64,000 nucleotides of DNA, from assembly GCA_964499205.1 (NCBI GenBank), contig CAZCJX010000004.1:653-64652 (forward strand), given 5' to 3'. The DNA is from an uncultured Actinomycetes bacterium. Its GTDB lineage: Bacteria > Chloroflexota > Dormibacteria > Aeolococcales > Aeolococcaceae. Position 1 is the first letter of the stretch. Every line of letters begins with the position of its first letter. This document shows positions 50,510 through 58,000 of the stretch, in pieces. The notes beneath the pieces are model-generated. The model saw nothing but the letters and a program-made list of their open reading frames with translations, was not told the DNA's origin and searched no databases. A program made the position numbers and the translations under genes.

Positions 50510-53500
50510 TCAGCTGCTCAGCGAGCACGTCGCGGAGGTGTATCCACTACCGGTCGCGGTGACCGTGGCCGACTTGTTGGCGGCAGTCGCTGTCACGCTG
50601 AACGAACCGGTCGGCGAGCCGGTCGACTGCAGCGAGGCGCTCGTCGGTCCCGGGGTCGTGTTGAGGTTGAAGTGGGAGGCGTCCGTGCCGGTCAGATTGA
50701 TGGTGAACGGGAAGCCGGGGCTCTGGTAGGTCGCCGGGTTGCCGTACGTGTCGTTGGCGATGGTCACCGTCGACGTCCACGTGTGTCCGTTGCTCAGGGC
50801 GCCGGGGCAGGCGGTGGTGAACGAGAGGCTGCTCGCCGCAGAGTTGATGAACACGGTGCCCGAGCCGGTGTGCGACGGCGACTGCGTGTCGGTCGCGGTC
50901 AGGGTCTGCGTGCCGGCGTGGTACAGGGTCGCCTGCAGTGTCGTGGTGGCGACACCGCTGCTGAAGCTGACCGTGCCCGCCGGCAACGTCGGCGCGTGGC
51001 CGCTGGGGCTGTTCGCCGGGCCGCTCCAGTTGATCGTCTGGTTGCTGGCGGTGTAGGTGGTGACGGTGTTGCCGTACTGGTCCTGCGCGGTCAGCGTCAC
51101 GCTGAACGCCGATCCCGCGTTCTGCGGCCCCGCCATGCTGACGCCGTACTTGGAGAGAGCGCCAGCGGTGTTGGTCATGGCATAGGTGACCGAGGTCAGG
51201 CCGGTCGCCGAGGCGGTCACGTTGTAGCTGCCCGTCGTGGTGTTGGCGGTGAAGGTGGAGGACGTCGCCCGACCGTTGCTGCCGGTGGTTGCCGTGGTCG
51301 TCGCGGTGCCGTTGGCGAAGGTGCCGGAGGCGCCCGACGACGGAGCCGTGAAGGTCACGGTCACACCCGACACGGGGTTGCCGTAGGTGTCCGACACGGA
51401 TGCCACCAGGGGGTTGGCGAAGGCGGTGCTGACGGCCGCCGACTGCGGTGAGCCGGAGAACGCGGCCAGGGTGGTCGCCGTCCCCGCGTTGTTGGTCAGG
51501 GAGAAGGTGACCGTGTTGGTCCCCGTGGCGCTCGCCGACACCGTGTAGCTGCCCGACGTCGTGTTGGCGGTGAACGTCGAGGACGTGGCACGACCGTTGC
51601 TGGCGGTGCTCGCCGTCGTGGTCGCGGTGCTGGTGTTGGCGAAGGTCCCGGACGCTCCCGACGCGGGCGCGGTGAAGGTCACCGTCGCACCCGAGACGGC
51701 GTTGCCGTAGGTGTCGACCACGGAGGCGACGAGCGGGTTGGTGAAGGCCGTCGCCACTGTGGCCGACTGCCCGGAGCCGGAGACCACGGCGATCGTCTTC
51801 GCCGCGGCTGCGGTGTTGGTCATCGAGAAGGTGACGGTGTTGGTTCCCGACGCGCTCGCCGACACGGTGTAGCTGCCGGCGGCCGTGTTGGCGGTGAACG
51901 TCGAGGACGTGGCCCGGCCGTTGCTGCCGGTGCTCGCCGTCGTCGTCGCCGTGCTGTTGGCGAAGGTGCCGGATGCGCCCGACGCGGGCGCGGTGAAGGT
52001 CACCGTCACACCGGACACGGGGTTGCCGTACGTGTCGGACACCGACGCCACCAGGGCGCTGCCGAAGGCGGTGTTGACGGTCGTCGACTGCGGAGAACCG
52101 GAGAACACGGCGATGGTCGACGCCGATCCGGAGGTGTTGGTCAGGGAGAAGGTGACCGTGTTGGTGCCCGCGGCGTTCGCCGACACCGTGTAGGTGCCCG
52201 CGGTGGTGTTGGCGGTGAACGTCGAGGAGGTGGCCTGGCCGCTCGCGTTGGTGGTCGCGGTCGTGGTCGCCGTGCTGTTGGCGAAGGTGCCGGACGCGCC
52301 GGACGCGGGCGCGGTGAAGGTCACCGTCGCGCCCGATACCGGGTTGCCGTAGGTGTCGACCACCGAGGCGACCAGCGGATTGCCGAAGGCCGAGGCGACC
52401 GCGGTCGACTGGTTCGACCCGGAGACGACGGCGAGCGTCTTCGCCGCGCCTGCCGTGTTAGTCAGGGAGAAGGTGACGGTGTTTGTGCCCGCGGCGCTCG
52501 CTGACACCGTGTACGCCCCCGCGGTCGTGTTGGCGGTGAACGCCGACGACGTGGCCTGACCGCTGGCGTTACTGCTCGCCGTCGTGGTCGCACTGCTGTT
52601 GGCGAAGGTCCCCGATGCACCCGACGCGGGCGCGGTGAAAGTGACGGTCACACCCGACACCGGGTTGCCGTACGCGTCCACCACCGACGCCACCAGGGGA
52701 TTGGTGAACGCGGTATTGACGGTTGCCGACTGACCCGAACCCGACACCACCGCCGCAGTCTGGGCTGCCGCCGCGTTGACGGTGAAGGTCACCGACCCGG
52801 TCACGCCGGTCGCGGCGGAGTCGGTCGCGGTCAGGGCGTTGCTGCCCGCGGCGTAGGCGGTGAAGGTCGAGGAGGGCGACGCGACGCCGTTGCTGAAGGT
52901 CACGGCGCTCGAGGGGTACGAGGGCGCATGGCCGGAGGGGCTGTTGGCCAGGCCCGACCACGTCAGCGTCTTCGCGCCGGTGTAGGTGGTGTCGGTGGAG
53001 CCGTTCACCTTGGCGGTGATGGTGTTGACGGTGATCGCGGTGCCGGCGGTGTACGGCGAGGCCGAGAGCGCGATGGTGAACGACGGCGTCGAGGTCGTCG
53101 CCGAGGTGGTGATGGCGCTGCTCTGCCAGTTGGAGAGAACGGCCATGACCGAATAGGCATAGGTGGTACCGGCGGTCAGGCCGGTGTCCTGGCAGGAGGT
53201 CACGGTCGAGGCCACCGTGCAGACGGTGGTGGCGGTGCCGGGGCTGGTCCGCGTCACCTTGTACTGCGCGCCGGTGAGCTGGGTTGTCGGAAGCGTCCAG
53301 CCAACGGTGATCGCGCCGCTGCCGTTGACGGTTGCGGTGGGCGTGGTCGGCGCGGACAGGCTGGCGGCGACGGCCTGCGCCTGGTTGCCGCCCGGGTTGA
53401 GGACAGTGATGGTCCAGAAGGCGAGACCGGCGACCGCGCCGGCCACCAGCAGTCCACCGGCGACGAGAAGTGCGCGACGCAGCAGCGCAGCGCGGAGCCA

Positions 53501-53530
53501 GATGGTGCGGACAGCGACCTGTGCGCTCAC
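50510..53530 (-). CDS. Large cell-surface protein (1005 aa) with N-terminal signal anchor and six or more tandem bacterial Ig-like repeats; putative adhesin or fibre-associated protein.
   Basis: GTG start overlapping the upstream gene stop (GTGA). N-terminal TM LLRRALLVAGGLLVAGAVAGLAFW. The repeats read ...VVSGSGQSATV..FTNPLVASVVDTYGNPVSGATVTFTAPASGASGTFAN...YTVSASA.GTNTVTFSLTN. Confidence 0.85.
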   Translation of the reverse strand: MSAQVAVRTIWLRAALLRRALLVAGGLLVAGAVAGLAFWTITVLNPGGNQAQAVAASLSAPTTPTATVNGSGAITVGWTLPTTQLTGAQYKVTRTSPGTATTVCTVASTVTSCQDTGLTAGTTYAYSVMAVLSNWQSSAITTSATTSTPSFTIALSASPYTAGTAITVNTITAKVNGSTDTTYTGAKTLTWSGLANSPSGHAPSYPSSAVTFSNGVASPSSTFTAYAAGSNALTATDSAATGVTGSVTFTVNAAAAQTAAVVSGSGQSATVNTAFTNPLVASVVDAYGNPVSGVTVTFTAPASGASGTFANSSATTTASSNASGQATSSAFTANTTAGAYTVSASAAGTNTVTFSLTNTAGAAKTLAVVSGSNQSTAVASAFGNPLVASVVDTYGNPVSGATVTFTAPASGASGTFANSTATTTATTNASGQATSSTFTANTTAGTYTVSANAAGTNTVTFSLTNTSGSASTIAVFSGSPQSTTVNTAFGSALVASVSDTYGNPVSGVTVTFTAPASGASGTFANSTATTTASTGSNGRATSSTFTANTAAGSYTVSASASGTNTVTFSMTNTAAAAKTIAVVSGSGQSATVATAFTNPLVASVVDTYGNAVSGATVTFTAPASGASGTFANTSTATTTASTASNGRATSSTFTANTTSGSYTVSASATGTNTVTFSLTNNAGTATTLAAFSGSPQSAAVSTAFANPLVASVSDTYGNPVSGVTVTFTAPSSGASGTFANGTATTTATTGSNGRATSSTFTANTTTGSYNVTASATGLTSVTYAMTNTAGALSKYGVSMAGPQNAGSAFSVTLTAQDQYGNTVTTYTASNQTINWSGPANSPSGHAPTLPAGTVSFSSGVATTTLQATLYHAGTQTLTATDTQSPSHTGSGTVFINSAASSLSFTTACPGALSNGHTWTSTVTIANDTYGNPATYQSPGFPFTINLTGTDASHFNLNTTPGPTSASLQSTGSPTGSFSVTATAANKSATVTATGSGYTSATCSLSS
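50980..52770 (-). repeat. Six near-identical ~291-294-bp coding tandem repeats (Ig-like domains) inside the 50510-53530 gene.
   Basis: Protein repeats of ~97 aa with more than 80% identity. The nucleotide blocks (e.g. gtgaaggtcaccgtc...ggttgccgtaggtgtc) recur with this period. Confidence 0.8.
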
Positions 53531-54015
53531 TTGTGCACCGTCAGGGTGACCGGGATGGAGAACGTCGCGCCCTGGCAGCCGCTGGAGGACGTGGTGCCCA
53601 TCGACGCAGCGCCGGGCAGGTGCACCAGCGACGAGCCGTTCGGCACGGTGATGCTGAGTCCGCTCTGGTTGGTGAAGGTCACACCGGTCGTGGTGCAGCC
53701 GGTGTGGCCGCTGTCAGCGGTGATCGCGCCGTTGCCGCTGACGCTGATCAGCGTCACCGCGTAGGCGTTGGGGTTGCTCAGCCGCAGGATGACGTCAGCG
53801 GTGCCACCCGGCTGCAGCGACGAGGTCGGCGCATCGCCGCCGGCGAACGCAACCACCGTCACGGCCTGCGGGGTTCCCGTTGCGGCCGAACCCGATCCCG
53901 AGCCGCTGGTGCGCCAGTAGGCGAGTGCACCGACGGCGGTGACGGCGAGCGCGGCGACGGCGGCGGCGGCCGCGATGCGGCGGCGCGCTGTCAGCAGCGA
54001 GCGAATGTGCTTCAT
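53527..54015 (-). CDS. Small secreted protein A with TasA/camelysin-type (SipW-cognate class) signal peptide and a conserved C-terminal two-Cys domain.
   Basis: N-terminus MKHIRSLLTARRRIAAAAAVAALAVTAVGALAYWRTSG (K/R-rich, hydrophobic, then a G..AYW/F motif). The C-terminal GCTTTG...SGCQGATFSIPVTL is shared with genes B and C. Its ATG overlaps the gene B stop (ATGA). Confidence 0.7.
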   Translation of the reverse strand: MKHIRSLLTARRRIAAAAAVAALAVTAVGALAYWRTSGSGSGSAATGTPQAVTVVAFAGGDAPTSSLQPGGTADVILRLSNPNAYAVTLISVSGNGAITADSGHTGCTTTGVTFTNQSGLSITVPNGSSLVHLPGAASMGTTSSSGCQGATFSIPVTLTVHK

Positions 54016-55379
54016 CAGTTGGCCTTGGCGGCGGTGCCGCTGAAGGTGAAGGAGAACGCCGCCCCCTTGCAGGCGTCCTGGTTGGTCGAGAGGTCGAGCA
54101 TCTGGATCTGCGGCCACTGCGCGGTGGGCACGCCGAGGCTCTGCAGCGACGCGGTGCCGTTGCCGGGGATCACCACCGTGGCGGTGAGGCCCTGCGACAC
54201 CACCACGTTGGTGGGGCCGTCGCAGCCCGCGTCGGGTTGGCCGCTGATCGTCGTCTGGTGCATCACGGTGATGGTCACCGAGGTCACCCGGATGGCGAAG
54301 TTGTACGGGTTGGTGAAGGTGAGGTTCATCGGCCGGATCGCGCCCGGGTAGAGGGGCTGGGGGACCGTGCCGCTGATCGGGAAGGTCTTCTTGTCGACGA
54401 TGGTCCACGGATACGACGTGGGACCACTGGCGTTGCTCGCCGCGTCCACGGCGCGGACCGCGAAGGTGTGGTCGGCGACGCTGAGTTTGCTGTAGCTCGC
54501 CGGCGAGGTGCACGCGGTGAACGCGGCGCCGTCGAGGCTGCACTGCAGGGTCGCGCCCGACTCGCTGTCGGCGAAGGCGAACGTGGCCGACGTGTCGTTG
54601 GTGGGATTGTCAGGTCCCGAGGAGATGGTCGGCGCCGGCGGCGCCACCGTGTCGACGGTGAATGTCGACGTTGTCGGCGAGCCCGCCGGGGTGGTGTTGC
54701 CCAGCGTGTCGGTGGCGCGCACGTGCACCGTGTATGCGCCGTCGGCAGGGCGGGCCAGCGCGTACTTCCAGCTGGTCGTGCCCGACGCAGCGTTGTACAT
54801 CTCGCTCGCGCTGCCGAAGGCGGATCCGTTCCAGTACATGCCGCTCGACGCCTGCCGGACGGAGACCTGCACCGCGCTGACGCCGGTGGCGTCGCTCGCG
54901 GTTCCGCAGATGCCCGGCGTCGCGCCGCATCCGGTGCTCCACGCGGTGGCGTTCTCAGCGCCGCCGTTGGCGGGGAAGGTCACCGAGGTCGTCGGCGCGG
55001 TGGTGTCGACCGTCCAGGTCGCGGTGGCGGGGCTGCTGGGACCGCTACCCGTCACCTGCGCGGTCACCGCGAAGAGGTGGTTGCCATCCGCCAGGCCCGT
55101 GTAGGTCTTGGGGCTGGCGCACGCGGCGGGCGCTGCACCGTCCAGCGAGCACTGGTAGGTGACGCCGCTCTGCGTGTCGGTGAAGGAGAACGTCGCGCTC
55201 GTCGATGTGGTCGGGCTCGAGGGCCGCGACGTGATCGACGGTGCCGGCGGCGGTGCTACGGATTTGGCGAACGCCGCCTCGTACAGCACGGTGCCTCCGA
55301 CGGCTACGCCCACAGTCGTGATGAAGGCCACGTTGATGGTGGTCTTGGTCACGACTGTCCCCCACGGGGTCCTGGGCAT
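54015..55379 (-). CDS. Secreted protein B (454 aa): TasA-type signal peptide, two Ig-like domains, and a C-terminal two-Cys domain paralogous to A and C.
   Basis: GAGGAG Shine-Dalgarno. N-terminus MPRTPWGTVVTKTTINVAFITTVGVAVGGTVLYEAAF. Two copies of the SATFxFxD..SG.TxQCSLDGAA..AC.SP..Y..L..G.H.F.V.A.D domain. C-terminal NQDACKGAAFSFTF. Confidence 0.75.
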   Translation of the reverse strand: MPRTPWGTVVTKTTINVAFITTVGVAVGGTVLYEAAFAKSVAPPPAPSITSRPSSPTTSTSATFSFTDTQSGVTYQCSLDGAAPAACASPKTYTGLADGNHLFAVTAQVTGSGPSSPATATWTVDTTAPTTSVTFPANGGAENATAWSTGCGATPGICGTASDATGVSAVQVSVRQASSGMYWNGSAFGSASEMYNAASGTTSWKYALARPADGAYTVHVRATDTLGNTTPAGSPTTSTFTVDTVAPPAPTISSGPDNPTNDTSATFAFADSESGATLQCSLDGAAFTACTSPASYSKLSVADHTFAVRAVDAASNASGPTSYPWTIVDKKTFPISGTVPQPLYPGAIRPMNLTFTNPYNFAIRVTSVTITVMHQTTISGQPDAGCDGPTNVVVSQGLTATVVIPGNGTASLQSLGVPTAQWPQIQMLDLSTNQDACKGAAFSFTFSGTAAKAN

Positions 55380-55430
55380 CGAGGTCTCCTCAACCCGCGT
55401 ACGCGGGCACTGCGAATCTGAAATGGAGGC

Positions 55431-55455
55431 GGAGGGGCGCGCGCGGCGCCCCTCC
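55431..55455 (-). terminator. GC-rich hairpin (10-bp stem) 20 nt downstream of the gene C stop; candidate intrinsic terminator or attenuator between gene C and gene B.
   Basis: GGAGGGGCGC-gcgcg-GCGCCCCTCC, a perfect palindrome, followed on the minus-strand mRNA by gccuccaUUUcagaUUcg. A second palindrome CCCGCGTACGCGGG lies at 55394-55407. Confidence 0.4.
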
Positions 55456-55475
55456 ACTCAGCGATGTGCCAGGAC

Positions 55476-55937
55476 CTAGTTGCTGGTCAGGTTCAGCGTG
55501 ATGGTGGCGCCCTTGCACGCGTCCTGGCTGTTCACCATGTCGTTCGCGTACACGAGAGTTCCACTGCCGGTGAGCGCATAGCCGGTCGAGTTGTGCGGCA
55601 CCACGGTGTTCGACGTCACGTCGGCCATCGAGAAGTCACTGACCGCACAGGTGCTGTGCGAGCTGTCGACGCTCACGCTGGCGAGGTGAATGGTCTGGAC
55701 CTCGAGATTGGTCGCGCCGCCGTTGTCGGCGGTGAAGCTGACCGTCTCCGAGCCACCCGGGTAGATACCAGCGGGGAAGCTGGCGTGCAGAACGATGGTG
55801 CCGTTGCTGCTCGCCGCGTTGGCAGAGCCAGTACCGGCACCGGTGGTCGTCCAGTACGCGTAGGCGACGACTCCGCCGATTCCCACCGTGGCGATCGCTG
55901 CCGCGGCAGCGATCTTCTTCCGAGAGATGAAACCCAT
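55476..55937 (-). CDS. Small secreted protein C (153 aa) with TasA/camelysin-type signal peptide; likely the first and most highly expressed gene of the operon.
   Basis: AGGAGCAGGA Shine-Dalgarno. N-terminus MGFISRKKIAAAAAIATVGIGGVVAYAYWTTTG matches the KK...GGxxAYF/W pattern. C-terminal NSQDACKGATITLNL is shared with A and B. Confidence 0.75.
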   Translation of the reverse strand: MGFISRKKIAAAAAIATVGIGGVVAYAYWTTTGAGTGSANAASSNGTIVLHASFPAGIYPGGSETVSFTADNGGATNLEVQTIHLASVSVDSSHSTCAVSDFSMADVTSNTVVPHNSTGYALTGSGTLVYANDMVNSQDACKGATITLNLTSN

Positions 55938-56309
55938 GATCCTGCTCCTGCGCCCCTGGTTTTTGTGAGTCGGTGGGACAGGGACGCGGCCCCACCCGCT
56001 TGCTGTGGGCCCATTCCACAGCCCCGTACCCCGTGGGGGCAACGAAGCGGCGAAAAGGGTTGTGCAGTCACGTCAAGGTGACGACGTGTGACTGAACGCC
56101 TGATGGCACCGTGACCTTGCGGTTTCGTTCGCATCCGGTGCGTGGCGAGCCTCCACCGCGCCGCGACGGCGATGTGCAACTGTAAAGATCGTCTGCAGTT
56201 ATCGCCACATCGCCGTCATCATTTCAGAGGTGTCAGCACCCGTCCCCTGATGCGACGGCCCGGCGCCGACCCGCGGGGGACAGATCGGTTAGCCTGCGCA
56301 ACCAACGCC

Positions 56310-56777
56310 ATGCCCTTCTTCCGCCGCACCCCCAAGCCACCCGCGCCGCTCGCGGAGTTCACCGTGGGGCTGCGCGACAACCGCGTGGTGGTGGGCGCGG
56401 CGGAGCCGGGCGTCGCCCAGCTCGATGAGCTGCGCGACTACGTCGGGTCGGTCACCGGGCACGCCGCAGCGTCACCCGGCGGGCGCGATCCCGTGGCGGT
56501 GCTCAACGCCAAGATGGACTTCGCCGAGCTGGTCGACGACACCGCGTCAACCGTGACGCTGGTGTTGGAGGAGCTGGTGCAGCGGGGCATCGTCGATGCC
56601 GGCGCGGTCCCGCGCGAAGCGGAGCTGCCGCCCTTGCCGCAGCAGTCCAGCACCTACGAGTACATCCAGGCCGCGTACGCGCGCGCGCAGGCGCGCATGC
56701 GCTGGTTGGACGAGGCCAACGCGGTGCTGCGCGAGAGCGGCGTTGCCCTGCTGCCGCCGGCGCCGCCTCAGGAGTAG
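56310..56777 (+). CDS. Hypothetical cytoplasmic protein.
   Basis: High-GC3 ORF. Start chosen at Met MPFFRRTPKPP. The 5' part of the track ORF is low-complexity. No recognisable domain. Confidence 0.4.
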   Translation: MPFFRRTPKPPAPLAEFTVGLRDNRVVVGAAEPGVAQLDELRDYVGSVTGHAAASPGGRDPVAVLNAKMDFAELVDDTASTVTLVLEELVQRGIVDAGAVPREAELPPLPQQSSTYEYIQAAYARAQARMRWLDEANAVLRESGVALLPPAPPQE

Positions 56778-57886
56778 AGGCGGGCGCCCGTCCACTCCGA
56801 CGCGATCAGCGGGTGCGGCGAGGCCGACGGCGTCGCCGACGGCGTCGCGGGCGGCGACCCGCTGGCGTAGGGCGAGGCGGCGAACTGGGCGAGCAGCCGG
56901 TTGATCTCCGCCACCGGCATGCCGAAGAGCGCCTTGTGGGCGAAGGACTGCAGCGCGTCCGTGCCGCCGACGCGGTAGCGCGGCCAGGCGTAGGGGTCCG
57001 ACGCGTAGAGCTCGGCGCCGCTGTCGGTGGTCACCGCGTCGCTGAACCCGTCGGCCTGCACCAGCTTCTCGACGGCTGCGTCGTAGCTGCCGTAGGGGTA
57101 GGCGAAGTCGCTGATGTGGTGGCCGACCAGCGCCTCGAGCTGCTGGTGGCTGACCTCGATCTGGGTCTTGGCATAGGAGAGCGGCACGCCGGCCAGGGCA
57201 ACGTGGTTGACCGTGTGCACCCCGACCACCATGCCGGCGGCGTCCACCTGGCGCACCTGGTCGGCGGTCATGTACCCGTTCTTGCCGAGGAAGCCGCTGA
57301 CCACGAAGACCGTGCCCACCAGCCCGTCCTGCACCAGCACCGGCGTCGCCCTGGTGGCGAAGTTCATGTAGCCGTCGTCGAAGGTGAGGATCACCGAGCG
57401 CGGCGGCAGGGCATGGCCGCTGTGCAGTGCAGCCAGCGCGTCGGAGAGGGTCACGGTGTGGGCCCCGACGAAGTGCAGGAAGGCCATCTGCTGGGCGAAG
57501 TGCTGCGGCGTCACCGAGAGGTTGAAGCCGACGGTGTCGCTGGCGACCGGGTTCACCCGGATGTAGTGGTAGAGCAGGATCGGCAGGAGGATGTGCGGCC
57601 CCCGCGGTCCGGTCGCGGCCGGGCCGGCGGCGAGCTGGGTGGACGGTGTCGGCGTCGACGTCGGATCGACGAAGGGGCCGATGTCGTCCTCGGGCGTTCC
57701 CACTGGGCTCGGCCTCGGCGTGGGCGCAGGGCGCAGCACCACGGCGCGCTGCGGCGGACTCACGCGCTGCACCGTCACCGCGGCGGCGGCGGTGGCCACG
57801 ATGAGGAGGGCGAGGGGAATGGCTGCGCGGCGCCAGGTGGACCGGGAGGTGGGACGCCGGCCGCGCCGGAGATCCATGCGCCGCAT
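56768..57886 (-). CDS. Membrane-anchored polysaccharide deacetylase (NodB/CE4), paralogue of 24324-25274.
   Basis: N-terminal signal anchor (AIPLALLIVATAAAAV). ILTFDDGY, HTVNH, and the shared LPILLYHYIR block with the other deacetylase. Only the C-terminal 372 aa of the track ORF are used. Confidence 0.85.
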   Translation of the reverse strand: MRRMDLRRGRRPTSRSTWRRAAIPLALLIVATAAAAVTVQRVSPPQRAVVLRPAPTPRPSPVGTPEDDIGPFVDPTSTPTPSTQLAAGPAATGPRGPHILLPILLYHYIRVNPVASDTVGFNLSVTPQHFAQQMAFLHFVGAHTVTLSDALAALHSGHALPPRSVILTFDDGYMNFATRATPVLVQDGLVGTVFVVSGFLGKNGYMTADQVRQVDAAGMVVGVHTVNHVALAGVPLSYAKTQIEVSHQQLEALVGHHISDFAYPYGSYDAAVEKLVQADGFSDAVTTDSGAELYASDPYAWPRYRVGGTDALQSFAHKALFGMPVAEINRLLAQFAASPYASGSPPATPSATPSASPHPLIASEWTGARLYS

Positions 57887-58000
57887 TCTACGGACTGCCC
57901 GGAGTCCCCGGGCGACATCGGGCAGGATCCGACTGAAAGACCTCGCGGCGCGGCGCGGTCCTCTACCGGTGCAGGCCCACCGGTTTGGAGTTGTTGCCGC

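Noticed and set aside
50980-52770. Possible CRISPR array (regular ~290-bp periodicity).
   Set aside because: The periodicity comes from in-frame coding Ig-domain repeats with no short direct repeat / unique spacer structure. No cas genes nearby.
56813-58000. 5' portion of the 1684-aa plus-strand ORF.
   Set aside because: This stretch is antisense to the polysaccharide deacetylase and is Arg/Gly-rich. The real gene starts at the signal-peptide Met at 58001.
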